From Torpedo marmorata (taxonomy: Eukaryota), in assembly GCA_977017645.1 (NCBI GenBank), contig OZ360235.1:90458001-90522000 (forward strand): DNA of 64,000 bases, in the 5' to 3' direction. Shown here one piece after another: positions 12,431 through 25,199 of the stretch (its first letter is position 1; each line of letters begins with the position of its first letter). Below the pieces are notes generated by a model. That model was not told the origin of the DNA and ran no database searches. It was given only the letters and a program-made list of their open reading frames with translations. A program made the position numbers and the translations under genes.

Positions 12431-12431
12431 A

Positions 12432-13392
12432 TCCCACTTTCTCCAAGTCAAAGGAATAGCCATGGATACACGTATGGGTCCCAGCTACGCCTGCTTTTTT
12501 GTTGGCTCTGTGGGCAATCCATGCTGCAAGCCTACACAGGCAAGGCTCCTTAACTCTTCCTCCGCTACATTCATGACTACATTGGTACTGCCTCCTGCAC
12601 CCATGATGAGCTCGTCAACTTTATTCACTTTGCAGCTAATTTTCACCCCGATCTCAAATTCGCAGTCCCTCTCTGGGAATTCTCTTCCCTTTCTAGATCT
12701 CTCTGTCTCCATCTTGGGAGACAAACTCTCTGAAGGTATTTTCTACAAACCTATGCACTCCCACAATTACCTCGACTACACTTCTTCACACCCTGTCCCC
12801 TATAATGATTCTATTCCTTTCTCTCAATTCCTCCACCTACATCGCATCTGTTTCCAGGATGAGGTCTTCCATTCCAGAACATCCGAGATCTCCTTCTTCA
12901 AAAATGTGGCTTCCCCTTCACTGCAATCAACTTAACCCTTACCCGAATCTCCTCTATTTCCTGCACTTCTGCCCTGGCCCCTCCCGCCCCAAGACGCAAC
13001 AAGGACAGGATTCCACTTGTCCTCACCTCCCATCCCACCAGCCTCAGCATCCAACATATTTTTGTCTGCAATTTTTGCCACCTACAACATGATCCCACCA
13101 CTAGACACATTTTCCCCTCTCCTCCTCTCTCCACTTTCCGCAGGAACCACTTGCTCTGGGACACTCTCAGCTTTTTTTTTCTGCCCTCCCACCCATTTTC
13201 ACCCATGACCTCACCTGTAGCCTGTACCCTTGCCCCTTCCTCCCTCCTCTCCTTTCCTCCCCCCATCTTTTTATTCTGGCACCTGCCTGCTTTTTGTTCA
13301 CATCTTGATAAAGAGCTCAGGCTCAAAATGTCGGTCACCCTTTACATTCTATCGATGCCACGTGACCTGCTGAGTTACTCCAGCACTTTTGG
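12432..13392 (+). mobile_element. Penelope-like element remnant (RT plus terminal repeat)
   Basis: MGPSYACFFVG, RYIHD (from RYIDD), LPFLDLSVSI, YLDYTSSHP; tail TGACCTGCTGAGTTACTCCAGCA. Confidence 0.88.
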
Positions 13393-13394
13393 GT

Positions 13395-13665
13395 ATGGCA
13401 CTTTGATCTGTGTGCCTCCACTGCCTGGCATATCACCCCTCTTATGCCCTCGTCCTTCCTGATGGATTCAGCAAGGTGCTCTTTGCAGCACACAAACAAG
13501 ACAGGACAGTGCAGGCAACCCTGCCTGACTCCAAACTTCATGGGGAAGCTATCTGTTTCCTACCCATTAATTTGGACTGCACTGAGGATTTCGCTGTAGA
13601 GCAGTTGAATCCAATTTCTCCCCAAAGCCCATTTTGGAGAGCACATCAATCATGTTGTTATGGAA
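13395..13665 (-). mobile_element. Tx1-like LINE RT remnant
   Basis: GVRQGCLHCPVLFVCCKEHLAESIRKDEGIRGV. Confidence 0.7.
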
Positions 13666-14228
13666 TATGCAGTTCAAGCTGAGCAGGCAGGTGTCCACCA
13701 TCGTGTCCTGCTTGTCCAGATGTTATTTTCACGCACTTAGGAATGCAGCTTATCTCATTATCAGTGACCCAATTAACACTTTTTAATTGCTTGTCTTCTG
13801 CAATACCTGGGGACAACATTGATATGCTGAGAGTAAGAAATTTGCTATCTTCACATTGTAAATTGAATACTTCAGGCAAAATTTTCCTGTTTGGCAATTG
13901 AATAAATATATCCTAATACATTTTTCTTTCATCTGTACAGCATTATTCCTCACTGAGTTTCACAGTTGTGTTTTTATGTTCATAAAAATGGTAATTTACC
14001 TCAATTTTATTTGTGATGTAATTGATCAGCTCAAAATACATTGTAATGGATCAAAATCTGACACAGCCTAATTCTAAAGTGAAATGTCACACACCGGCAG
14101 AATCTATAATAATAATCATAACTTTAGGAAAAGAAACTCAACAATGATTTCCTGTTTGTGAGGAATAAGTTGTGTTGTGCTCAGGAGAGCAAGATTTGAT
14201 GAGGCCATTGAGCCTGGTTTTGAATACC

Positions 14229-14700
14229 ACACTGCTTCTGATTACTTCGCTGCCATAGAAAAGTGGTTAGGGTTATCAAGGAGGATGAAGAAATGATGAT
14301 CTCTTGGCTCCGGCTTGAAATGTTTTTGTTGATTTAAACATCCCTCATTGAGCTAATGTCGGATTAAGGTACAGGATAATGGCTTGAGGAACCCGCAGAG
14401 TCTTCATTGAACAGCGGCCTTCCATCCAACACCACCTGCTCCAGGAAATCTCTCTCAATTAGTGCACTGGCCAACCAACCTCAGACAGATGCTTGAGCAT
14501 CAGATGACATAAAATCGTCAGTCCCTTCTGTGTATTATTTATCCACCATGATACATGGAAGAATTATTCCTGAGACAGTGCCCACGGCAGAGCTATGAAC
14601 GTCTTTTTTATTTCAAAAATTGCTGTTTATTTTTGAAAGGATATGCCCAGGTACAGTCTTGGAAAATTGGCTGTTGAAACAGCCATTAATTCCTTTAAAT
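14229..14700 (+). pseudogene. Eph ligand-binding domain and Cys-rich start remnant
   Basis: DYFAAIEKWL; QDNGLR at 14372 (Eph QDNWLR); RVFIE at 14397 (RIFIE/RVYIE); DA*AS..SV..VYYLSTMIHGRIIPETVPTAEL at 14488-14595 (QDxGAC..SVRVYY...FPETVP); KDMPRY..ENWLL (KDVPKMYC..GEWLVP). Large internal deletion and several frameshifts. Confidence 0.7.
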
Positions 14701-14847
14701 TGGAATCACATCTGATGTTAAGGCATTCCAATAATAGAAAGCAAATTTGCTTCTCACCCACTGGACTGGAATATATGAATACAGCACAGAATTGTCCTTT
14801 TTTCTTACGTTACGACCGTTAACTCTTCATTCAAGTTCTTTGTGTAG

Positions 14848-15012
14848 ATTTGTGCGAGTAACTTGGCTGAATGTTCAGTATAAGTCTTCCTGGACCACCC
14901 TACTGTTCATGTCGTACCAAACTTTACTATGGTCTGGGCACTTTGTTGTGAAAAGTATGTGCATTTTCTGGATCATTTATGGAAGATACTCTACGACCCA
15001 CCATGAGTCTTG
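14848..15012 (+). pseudogene. Eph EGF-like exon remnant
   Basis: Acceptor TTCTTTGTGTAG; YKSS, CCEKY and LYDPP resemble Eph YKA...CxCExxYFRAxxDPP. Weak alone, supported by position. Confidence 0.4.
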
Positions 15013-15489
15013 ATCAAAATTCACTCCAAAGGAGCACGATGAAGTGACCCTGCACATTGGGGTTGAGGGTGGGTTCTCCTGACAGTGCAGATATACCTGC
15101 TGGTTTTGTTGAAGCTTGCTGATGAATAATAATTCTCCAAATCAGATACTTGTGGAGGGAAGGAAACAAAATGATGTCATGCTTCACTTTGTCATCTTTT
15201 TTTTAATCTAAATCCGTGCTGTTTCAGTTAAGTGGTTTCCTGGGACTAGGCCCTTCCCAGATTCATTGAACTAATGACAATGTCTCATCAAGACTGTAAC
15301 AGTCCTCAACTTGTTGTCTGGCCTGGAAATATTGGTAACTGCGCACTGTGTCTTATCATACTCTAACTTGGCTAAAAACCATTCGTAAGAGGTGGCTGTG
15401 ATGTGTGTCCTCACTCTCAGTACAAATCTTTGTATTGTTACTGTGTTGATTGAACATTCATGCAGTGGGTCAGAGAGCTAAAATATTTT

Positions 15490-16010
15490 AGAACATAGAG
15501 AACATAGAACACTACACACAGTACAGGCCCTTCATCCCTCGATGTTGTGCCGACCCATATATTCCTTAAAAAATACTAAACCCTCCCTACCTCGTAACCC
15601 TCTATTTTTCTACCATCCATGTGTCTGTCTAAGAGTCTCTTAAATGCCCCCAATGTTTCAGCCTCCACCACCATCCTTGGCAAAGCATTCCAGGCACCCA
15701 CAACTCTGTGCAAAAAAACTTACCCCTGATGTCTCCCCTAAACTTTCCTCCCTTTACTTTGTACACATGTCCTCTGGTGTTTGCTATTCCTGCCCTGGGA
15801 AAAAAACACTGGCTGTCCACCCTATCTATGCCTCTCATAATCTTGTAGACCTCTATTAAGTCTCCTCTCATCCTTCTATGCTCCAAAGAGAAAAGTCCCA
15901 GCTCTGCTAACATTACCTCATAAGACTTATTTTCCAATCCAGGCAACATCTTGATAAATCTCCTCTGCACCCTCTCCATAGCTTCCACATCCTTCCTATA
16001 ATAAGGTGAA
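15490..16010 (-). mobile_element. CR1/HER1 LINE 3' fragment
   Basis: MERVQRRFIKMLPGL...LGLFSLEHRRMRGDLIEVYKI; (TTCTATG)n-type tail. Confidence 0.92.
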
Positions 16011-16316
16011 TTTTGAATCATGAACATGAAATTATAGAAAGCAGAATGTATGGTGTTATTTAGCGTTCTATTCTTTGGAAGTGATGTATTGGAGGGATTT
16101 GTATCAGCTCGTGGTCATATCATTTCCAATAAGGGTTTTGCAAACATCACAATGGCTGCCATTGTCAACCGACAATCCATTGCACATTCCAACATAACTG
16201 TCTGTACATTTAGGGCAGCTCCCATCTTTCGATACAATGCTTTGCAGTGTTTTCTGTTTGAGAATGTCGCCTTGTGGTCAATGTCCTTCGTTTCAATTTA
16301 ATAAAGTGAGAAATAG

Positions 16317-16690
16317 AACTATCTTCTCCATTGTGTCAACGCACCTCTGAATCAACAGTCTGGCAGACATTATGGCAACCTTCACCTCATCCGAAGCCTA
16401 TGAAGGAGGATTGATTGCTCTTCTGGGTTTGAGAAGACTGCTTGGAAAAGGATGCAACTTGTCAAGCCCAGAAATAATTTCTCAATGCAGTGATCAAAAT
16501 GTAAACAAAGAAGCAGAATTTTATTCAACAGACACTTGAACATGAGTTCCCTTCAGTTGCTTCTCTGACAGAGCATTGGTGCCAAATTAGTCACAGCCAT
16601 GCTGATCTGCATAGTTGTCAGTTCAACAGCAGCCAGGAGGGAATGTATTGTTTCATTGTCTTCATTGAGTCTTTGGAATGCTAAATGGTG
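16317..16690 (+). pseudogene. Eph first FN3 exon remnant
   Basis: After AAATAG (phase 1), one frame reads LSSPLCQRTSESTVWQTLWQPSPHPKPMKED*LLFWV*EDCLEKDATCQ; reading the second TGA as Cys gives C-x2-C-x6-C, as in EphA2 EDIVYSVTCEQCWPESGEC. Confidence 0.65.
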
Positions 16691-17802
16691 ACTATTGTTT
16701 TATTATGACTCCTGTTCCTGTGTTATTAGAGTATGAGATGTTGGTTAAAGGAGCAATACAGGTTGTGTTGATGAGCTGAATCCAAGTTTTGAGGGAGAGC
16801 TTTACTGTAACCAAAATCACCACAGCAGGAGAATAAAAGTCCAAGGTCTACATTTTGAAAAATGGTGGCGCGCACAGACGCAGTGGCTCGACGCTCTCCT
16901 TTTTGGTGCTTTTTATGTGTGTTTTCGTCTATATGTTTGTTTGCCGATGTTAAGTTTAGTGAAGCGAATTCCATCTACAGCTGCCAGGACCTTTTGATCA
17001 TAGGATTACAGTGTAACCAGGCCATTACGAGTGAATTCCTGCACTCACGCAATATAGCCAGGACACCGGGCTCTCCCTGGATTGTTGTCGGCTCCGGCAG
17101 GTGTCGGAGGCAGAGGAGACACAGGAAGCAGAAGCGTGGACGCAGGTCTGGCCTAATTGCTAGGCTAAGGAGACAACCACACAAACCACCGCTACCCAGT
17201 ATTTTTCTCACTAACGCCAGATCCATTACCAATAAAATGGACGAATTGAATCTACAGATCTCCGTGAACAAACTCATTGAGGACTATTGTATTCTCTTAA
17301 TACAGAGACGTGTCTACACCCACTTATCCCAGACGTAGCCATTGAGCTAGCAGGCCGCACAGCATTTCGCTGGGATAGAAACAAAGACTGCGGTAAGAGC
17401 AAGGGAGGGGGGGGTTATGCATTTACATACACAACAACTGGTGCACTAATACCAAGGTCATAGACAGACACTGTTCTTCTGACTTGGAGTACCTGACAGT
17501 TAAATGCAGGCCTATTTACCTTCCACGTGAGCTTACCGTTGTTATAGTCACAGCAGTTTACATTCCACCGGATGCTAACGCTAGCATAGCTTTCAGCTAC
17601 CTGCTCAGTGCTATAAATTCACAACAGTGCACCTATCCCGAAGCAGCCCATATCATAGCCGGTGATTTTAACCATGCAGATCTAAGGGCAGTTCTCCCGA
17701 AATTTGAACAACACATCAAATGTGCTACTAGGGAGAAAAACACAAGATGAAGTTTATTCAAATATTAGGAACGGTTTTAGGTCAACATCACTACCACACT
17801 TA

Positions 17803-19457
17803 AGAGTAAACTGTATTAAAATGAATGTTTTTCCAAGAATTCAATATCTTTTTCAATCGATTCCTTATGGTATCCCAAATAAATTTTTTAAGGATTTAAA
17901 ATTTGTTATTAGGAAATTTTTATGGAAAGGAATGTTGGCAAGAGTAAGTATAGATAAATTAACATGGAATTATGAGATGGGAGGATTGCAACTTCCCAAT
18001 TTTCAGTATTATTACAAAGTAGCTCAATTAAAATTTATTAATGAATTTTTTGATTCAACTAAATCTTCTGCTTGGATTAATATAGAATTGAATAATATAG
18101 GAGAAATACATAAAGAAGAGATTATTTATAAGTGGAATTCTAAACTGTTATCAGTTAAAAAGAAAAATTCACCAATCATTAAACATTTGTTGGAAATTTG
18201 GTCACAGGTAGATAAAGAGATAGGTCGAAAAGGATCAATTTCTTTAAATACACCAATATACCAAAATCCGCTTATACCATTTTCTATTGACAATCAGTTA
18301 CTTAAATTATGGTTTCAAAAGGGAATTAAGACCTTAAAAGATTGTTTTGAAGCTGGTAGATTCATTACTTTTCAAAGGTTAAAAGAAAACTTTAATATAT
18401 TAGACAATACAATGTTAGTTTATTTTCAAGTTAAAGCCTTTTTGACTGAGAGATTAGGGAATGAATTAATAGCACCAAGACAAAATGAATTGGAATTGTT
18501 AATTACTAAAGTTAATATTAATAAGTTTATATCACAAATGTATAAATTATTTCAGAGAAAGATGTCTAAAGTAGGGTTACATAAATCTAGATTAAAATGG
18601 GAATTAGACTTAAATGTTAATATAGATGAAAATCATTGGAAAGAGTTGTGTAAATTAAGTATGACTAAAGTTATTAATGTTAGATATAGATTAGTACAAT
18701 ATAATTTTTTTTCATCAATTATATTTAACACCTAAAAAATTGAAGAAATTTAATCCAGCGTTATCAGATATGTGTTTTAGATGTAAAAGTGAAATAGGTT
18801 CTTTTGTACATTGTACATGGTTATGTTCAAAAATTCAAGATTTTTGGTTGAAAGTTAAGAATTTTTTAGAGAGAATTTTTAATGTTGAGTTTACAATGGA
18901 TCCTATGTTATTTTTATTTGGAGACATTAAAAAATTTAGTATTAGAAATAGATTAAATATGTACCAAGTAGAATTTCTACGTATAGTATTAGCAGTTTCG
19001 AAAAAGTGTATAGCTATTACTTGGAAGTCGGATGTGGATTTAAATTTAGAACGATGGCATGCAGAGTTACGTTCATGTATACCATTAGAAAAAATTACTT
19101 ACAATTTGCGAAATAAATATCATTTTTTCTTGAAAATTTGGGGCCCATACATGAGAATTATGGGTTTAACAATTTAAATTCTCTAGATATCGGATCCACT
19201 GGCGAAAATAACCTCTATGGTAAATTAGTTTGAAGTTTGTTGTCTCCTCACCCTATTTTTTCTATCTTTCTTTTTTCTTTTTCTCTTTCACTATATTTTT
19301 ATTTTTAGAGTAGTGGGGATATAGGGGTTAGGGAGGGGAGGGTGGGAAGGGGGGGAGAAAATGTATATCACATGTATTTTTGAAATATATGCAAAATTAT
19401 TTTATGTATTCTGTGATTTAAAAATTTAAATAAAATATAAAAAAAACAAAAAAAAAC
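17803..19457 (+). mobile_element. 5'-truncated L1 (ORF2 C-terminal part, G-rich 3' UTR, polyA) inside Rex1
   Basis: 17-bp TSD CATCACTACCACACTTA at 17786-17802 and 19458-19474; CFRCKSEIGSFVHCTWLC; A-tail at 19439-19456. Confidence 0.95.
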
Positions 19458-21167
19458 CATCACTACCACACTTAGGCCAGTCAGACCATCTATCCATATT
19501 CTTAACCCCATCATACACCCCCCTCAGGAGAAAAGTTCAACCCATCACAAAGACTGTCAAGACGTGGCCTGAAGGATCTTCCTTGCAGCGGCAGGATTGC
19601 TTTGAAAGGACTACTTGGGACATTTTTGAGGACCAGGACTTGGAGGAGTACACATCAACTGTACTCTGCTACATACAGATCTGTGTTGACAATGTCATCG
19701 TCGATACACACATCCGGGTGTACTCCAACCAGAAGCCCTGGATGACAAAGGAAGTTAAAACTCTCCTCAAGGACCGTAACACTGCCTTCAGGTCTGGTGA
19801 CAGAGCCCTATACAGCGCTGCTAGAGTTAACCTGAGGAGAGACATCAGGGATGCTAAATCGGCCTACAAGAGGGAGATCGAGGACCACTTCACCAATAAC
19901 GACCCACGGCGGGTGTGGAAGGGCATCCAGCACATCACTAACTACAAGATGAGCAATCGTACGACTGTCGACGGTGATGCCTCGCTGGCAGAGGAACTTA
20001 ACTGTTTCTTTGCTCGCTTGGAGGTGAAAGCAGCGGAGACGGACGTAACACGTCCACCAGCCTCCAACAGTCACACCCTCACTGTGCAAGAGCATGACGT
20101 GCGGCGGGTACTTAGAGCGGTGAATCCGAGAAAAGCTGCCGGCCCAGATGGTGTGACAGAAAGGGTGCTGAAGGAATGTGCAAACCAGCTCTCCGAGATC
20201 TTCACAAAGATCTTCAACCTGTCCCTGTCTACATTCACCATCCCACCTTGCCTGAAGTCTGCCACAATCATTCCACTGCCAAAAAAGACAGTCATCAGCG
20301 GCCTCAACGATTACTGTCCGGTAGCGCTCACACCGGTCATCATGAAGTGCTTCGAGAGGCTGGTCTTGCAGCACATCAAAGCTAGCCTCCCACCCACCTT
20401 TGACCCATACCAGTTTACCTACAGAGCAAATAGGTCCACAGAGGACGCCATTGCCACTGCTCTTCACACTGCACTGACTCACCTTGAACATCAGGGGAGC
20501 TATATGAGGATGCTTTTTATAGACTTTAGCTCTACCTTTAACACCGTCATCCCGGGAAAACTGGTTACCAAAGTTAATGACTTCAGATTTTCCCAACCCA
20601 TCTGTCACTGGATCAAGGACTTTCTGACCAATCGCCCCAGACTGTGCGATTAGGCCCTCACCTTTCCTCCACTCTTAAACTCAGCACCGGCTCTCCGCAG
20701 GGCTGTGCGTTGAGCCCCATTCTCTATGTCCTCTCCACTCATGACTGTGCCCCCACCCATTCCACCAACACCATCATCAAGTTCGCGGATGACACGACTG
20801 TGGTTGGACTTATCTCAGGAGGAGACGAGACAGCCTACAGGGATGAAGTCCAAAGACTGACAGCGTGGTGTTCAGAGAACAATCTCGTCCTGAACTTCTC
20901 AAAGATAAAAGAACTCATAATAGACTTCCGGAAGAACAGTGCAGACCCTGACCCACTAAACATGAATGGGGACTGTGTGGAAAGGGTCACTGCTTTCAGG
21001 TTTCTGGGTACGCACATCACAGAAGACCTCTCCTGGTCTGCCAACACCACCTCAGTAGTCAAGAAGGCACAGCAGCGACTCCACTTCCTGAGGATTCTCA
21101 GGAAAATCAACCTGCAGGAGAAGCTGCTGATGTCCTTCTACCGCTGCTCCATCGAGGGTGTTCTGGC

Positions 21168-21265
21168 ATACTGTATTCCTGCGTGGTATGCCAGCTGTTC
21201 ATACTGTATTCCTGCGTGGTATGCCAGCTGCTCATACTGTATTCCTGCGTGGTATGCCAGCTGCT
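21168..21265 (+). repeat. 33-bp tandem triplication in the Rex1 ORF
   Basis: CATACTGTATTCCTGCGTGGTATGCCAGCTGYT x3, encoding YCIPAWYASC x3. Confidence 0.95.
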
Positions 21266-21984
21266 TAGCAGCGGACAGGAGAGTTCTTCAGAGGGTCATC
21301 AATATTGCTCAGAAGATCATCGCCTGCTCACTGCCCTCTTTGGAGGATTTATTCAGCACTCGCTGCCTCAGTAGAGCAGCCAACATACTGAAAGACCCAT
21401 CCCACCTTGGACATCATCTGTTTGAGCTGCTTCCCTCTGGTAGATGCTTCAGGTCCATTAAATCACGGACAAACAGACTTAAGAACAGCTTCTATCCCAG
21501 AGCCATACAAGAACTGAACACTGCCAAGCACTGACACCGATTGGTTGGGATCTGTGTGACTATCAGCACTACAATACTACAGTCACACCTATAGAACAGT
21601 TATATACAATTACAACTGTACCTTTTTATGTATATATTCCGGACTGCATTATTTGTATATAGAGCCACTACATTACAACTGCACTTTGTATGTAAATATT
21701 CCCAACTGCACTACTTGTATTGAGGGCCACTGCAATTTTTAATTCCAGTAAATGTGCAATATCCAGAAGTGCAATATCTCAATATCTCAGTTGCTTTCGT
21801 ATTGTTTTATTGCTATTGTATTGTTTTATATCTTTTTGTTTTCTTTTTTTAATTGCTGTTTGATTGTGTGAATGCACCGTTAGGATTGCTAATTAATTTT
21901 GTTGTACTCTGTGCAATGACAATAAAGGAATATCTATCTATTTAAATTAAAATCATTTGACTTGTAGAATTTTTTTTTGAGAGA

Positions 21985-22218
21985 CTGTATAGCATGGTAA
22001 CGGCCGTCTGGCCCACAATCCCGTACCGCCTAAATGTGCCCATGTGACCAATCAATCTCCCAACCCCGTTCATTTTTTGGAATGTGAGAGGAAACTGGAG
22101 CACCTGGAGGACACCCACAGGGAGAACGTGCAAACTCCTCACAGACGGCGGTAGATTCAAACCTGGGTCACTGGCGCTCTAATAGTGTTGCACTAACCGC
22201 TACGCGATTGTGCTGCCC
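21985..22218 (-). mobile_element. V-SINE copy (diverged)
   Basis: Reverse-complement match to the SINE consensus. Confidence 0.85.
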
Positions 22219-22308
22219 TCTATTAATTTAAAAATGGACTTGTTTTTCTACCTCTTACATAAAATAGAGACCATGAAGACGTTTTAAAACTGTACTTTTG
22301 CTACTAAT

Positions 22309-22935
22309 GTGTCAGTTATAAGTAAAGAAAAGGACAAAGTAAATAAGGTAAAGGAAAGTTTGCCTAATGAAAAGAGTTGTTTGTTCTGTAAAGGTGGACA
22401 TACTTTGGAAATGTGTTTACGATTGGAAAAGAAGGAACATAAGGAAAAGATCGCTTTCTTAAAGGAAAATGGAATATGTTTTAGCTGTTTGTGTAAAGGA
22501 CACATCAGTAAAAACTGCGAGAAGCGAATTAATTGTAACATATGTAATTTGAAACATCCTAGAATTTTGCATATCCATAACAGAAACAAGGAATTGGGAA
22601 AAGAGCAAACAGAAACAAAGGAAACAACAGAAAATAATGTTATAACCTCGGTTCAGACAAGTGGTCTTACTGGGGCTGGTGTGGATAACTGCAAACTTTC
22701 AATAGTGCCTGTACAAGTCAAGGCCAAGAAAGGGGATGTAATAGTAAAAACATATGCATTTTTAGACCCAGGCAGCACTGCATCCTTTTGCACGGAAGGA
22801 CTAATGAATAAACTTAATATTCAAGGAAGAAGAACAAGAATTATGTTAAAAACCATGGGACAAGAAAAGGTTGTTGAAACTAACATTATAACAGGCTTAG
22901 AGGTTGCTGGATTGGATGACAAAACATTTACCTGA
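22309..22935 (+). CDS. gag: BEL/Pao gag Zn knuckles and aspartic protease (partial)
   Basis: 208-aa ORF with three CCHC/CCHH knuckles and a DPGS active site. Confidence 0.85.
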   Translation: MSVISKEKDKVNKVKESLPNEKSCLFCKGGHTLEMCLRLEKKEHKEKIAFLKENGICFSCLCKGHISKNCEKRINCNICNLKHPRILHIHNRNKELGKEQTETKETTENNVITSVQTSGLTGAGVDNCKLSIVPVQVKAKKGDVIVKTYAFLDPGSTASFCTEGLMNKLNIQGRRTRIMLKTMGQEKVVETNIITGLEVAGLDDKTFT

Positions 22936-24211
22936 AATTAATTCTGAGATAGAAATGCTGATTGGTTCAGATGTGCCAAAGATTTTGGAACCACTAGAAG
23001 TAATACAGAGTAAAAGGAATGGACCTTACGCTATTAGAACCAAGCTTGGTTGGACAATCAGTGGACCACTGGAAAGAAATAATGATATTGCTCAGGAACA
23101 GTTAGCAATAAATATTAATAGAATTTCGGTTGTGAAAGTTGAAGAGTTAAGCGAAGAGCAAAAAACTGTGAATAAGAAAATCACTTTTGAAGAAAAGAAA
23201 ACAGATCAATGTGAAAATAAATCAAGGGTATTTAAAACAACATTGAAGGAATTGTTTTCACCAAAAATGAATGAAAGTGAAGTATTAGAAAATGTTGCAA
23301 ATAATACTATTGATCATTCATGTGTAATTGAATCCAATACAGGAATAAAACAAGTGACTGAAAACAAATCTGAATGTAGATTTTGTAGTTCAGAGATTAC
23401 AACAGATAAAGCTAACGAAGAAAGATTACAATGTGATGTAAAACTGGAAAACACAAAAAACTGTACTGATGGAATAAAGAATAATGTGAATGATAATTTA
23501 ATGCAATTGAATTCAGAGAACAAAATGTTGAAAGGGGAATTGGAAATATTAGATAATCAAGAAAACAGTAAACAGAAAGATTTAATTGTAAGTAAAACTC
23601 GCAAAGTCAGAAAGCAGAAGAAAAGAATAACTGCTGAAGAAATGAATACAGTTATCGAGGAAAGAGATTCAGCATTATCAAAATGTAAAAGGTTGGAGGA
23701 AGAGATTAATGTTTTGAAAGAGAACAAGTTATTGATTAATAACACAAAACAATTAACAATGCAGAAAGAATGTGATATTGCATTGCAGAAATGTAACAAG
23801 CAAGACGAAGAAATTAAAAAATTTCAAGTTTGTCGCAACAGGATTGACAATGGAAATATCAACGTATCACATGATATTTTGACTTCAGATCAAATTATTA
23901 ATTTCTCAGAAAGAACTGAGACTGAATTGAAAGTTGCAAAATTGGATTTGGAATTGCAGGAAAAGGCAATAGAAACCAGAGTGGTTAAACAGACCTGTTT
24001 AAAATCGAAAAGATCAAATAAATATTCAAATTCCAGTTCTAAGAGTTTAAATTCTTCACATGAGAAGTGGAATACTGAAAAAAGAAATAAAGTGAAACGA
24101 CATGTTGAAGAAGTGCCTTGTGTTAAATTCAAAAGGAAAGCTGTGTCTATTCTGTGTGAGGAAGATCTGAGGTTTGCTGGTCAATGGTTTGGCTCATGGA
24201 TTCTACAGTAG
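22904..24211 (+). CDS. MIPOL1: BEL post-protease segment fused to a MIPOL1-like coiled coil
   Basis: 435-aa ORF; [28 protein letters not shown] matches remembered vertebrate MIPOL1 [28 protein letters not shown]. This is a captured fragment, not the host locus. Confidence 0.75.
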   Translation: MLDWMTKHLPEINSEIEMLIGSDVPKILEPLEVIQSKRNGPYAIRTKLGWTISGPLERNNDIAQEQLAININRISVVKVEELSEEQKTVNKKITFEEKKTDQCENKSRVFKTTLKELFSPKMNESEVLENVANNTIDHSCVIESNTGIKQVTENKSECRFCSSEITTDKANEERLQCDVKLENTKNCTDGIKNNVNDNLMQLNSENKMLKGELEILDNQENSKQKDLIVSKTRKVRKQKKRITAEEMNTVIEERDSALSKCKRLEEEINVLKENKLLINNTKQLTMQKECDIALQKCNKQDEEIKKFQVCRNRIDNGNINVSHDILTSDQIINFSERTETELKVAKLDLELQEKAIETRVVKQTCLKSKRSNKYSNSSSKSLNSSHEKWNTEKRNKVKRHVEEVPCVKFKRKAVSILCEEDLRFAGQWFGSWILQ

Positions 24212-24423
24212 ACAGAGGAACTTTAATAAGTACAAACTGACTTTATTTTGTTGGATTTTTGTGTTTTGTACTTTGCCCACTACACGGACTTCAGAGTGGA
24301 AGTGAAGATGAAAAGAGACCTGTGTAACGTTCGAATGTTATGAAGTTAATTGTTATATAATGGATTATAGTTATGTAATTATTATTAGAGACGTTACATC
24401 TCATTATAATAATTAGGGGCCGG

Positions 24424-25199
24424 TGTAAGAGCCATAGGCTCACTACTTACCTGCTGTTTTGGCCACGGGCGCCGGCGGTGTCCCGGGGTCCGTAGGCCTC
24501 TTCCCGTAGGCTGCATGCGCGAATGCCGCCACCGCTTACGGAGCTGGAGCGTGGCGGCGTATGCATGGTTGGCTCGGCAGCGGCGGCTTCAGCCGGGGCC
24601 GGCATGTCCATCAGTGCACATGCGCCATGGACTAGGTCGATGCATGCGCGGTTGGCTCAGCCCCAGCAGTGAACGGTTGGAGCCGGGGCCAGCGCGTGCA
24701 CAACGGAGCATGCGCGGGTGGGATCTTCATTAATTTAAATATAGGTTCCCCCGCGCGAGTCGTCAGTTGGAAATCTGAGGAGGGTGAGTTAGGTGTCGAC
24801 AATTTCTGTCGACCGTTTTATAACACGATTAATAACATTGAACAACGTTTAATACTCGTTTAAGCATCGTTAAAGAAAGTTAAGCATCCTAAAAGAACAT
24901 TAAAGATCATTGAACTTTGTTAATCATCGTTAAGACGTTGAATATCGTTGAACATCGCTAAAGATCGTTAAGCATCGTTAACTTTTATATGAATATTTTG
25001 TTATTAAGAATTCAGCCACATAGAACGTTACTTAAAGACTTTTCATAGAACATTAAAGAAGATGGTTACAAGTTTTGTGTTTTAAAAATAAAGAATTTAA
25101 ATACAACTGAACTTGTATTGGAAATAAATGAAAACGCGTCGCAGACAAACACCTAACTTAGCCTCCAAGCGACTATTTTTATTGGTCGAAGTCGCTACA
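24424..25199 (+). repeat. 3' LTR of the BEL/Pao element
   Basis: TGTAAG...GCTACA termini after the PPT; AATAAA signals; GCATGCGC repeats and ~10-bp (A)GCATCGTTA-type repeats at 24830-24980. Confidence 0.8.

Larger units (their letters stand above)
16858..21942 (+). mobile_element. Near full-length Rex1/Babar-type LINE (APE plus RT), interrupted by L1
   Basis: RKQKRGRRSGL...PPLPSIFLTNARSITNKMDEL, IAGDFNHA, KAAGPDG, MLFIDFSSTFNT, PQGCALSP, KFADD; tail GACAATAAAGG(ATCT)n. Confidence 0.93.
22260..25199 (+). mobile_element. 5'-truncated non-autonomous BEL/Pao LTR element (gag C-terminus, protease, captured coiled coil, PPT, 3' LTR)
   Basis: Triple Zn knuckle [13 protein letters not shown] / [14 protein letters not shown] / [13 protein letters not shown]; protease [12 protein letters not shown]; [21 protein letters not shown]; no RT, RNase H or IN motifs; AATTAGGGG PPT then LTR. 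Confidence 0.9.

Noticed and set aside
13941-13990. Candidate small exon (TGTACAG...GTAATT) as the Eph signal-peptide exon
   Set aside because: No start codon or convincing signal peptide; cannot be supported.
14880-15006. FLDHLWKILYDP resembling RRN3 FLEHLWKKLQDP
   Set aside because: Short isolated similarity with no other RRN3 segments; position fits the Eph EGF-like exon better.
17704-18735. Chimeric Rex1-endonuclease/L1 ORF of 343 aa
   Set aside because: The in-frame junction at an L1 insertion with a clear TSD has a one-in-three chance; upstream Rex1 is frameshifted and there is no proper start.
19808-20608. 266-aa antisense ORF and similar antisense ORFs over Gypsy/LINE coding regions
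   Set aside because: Shadow ORFs of GC-rich TE coding sequence with no recognisable motifs.
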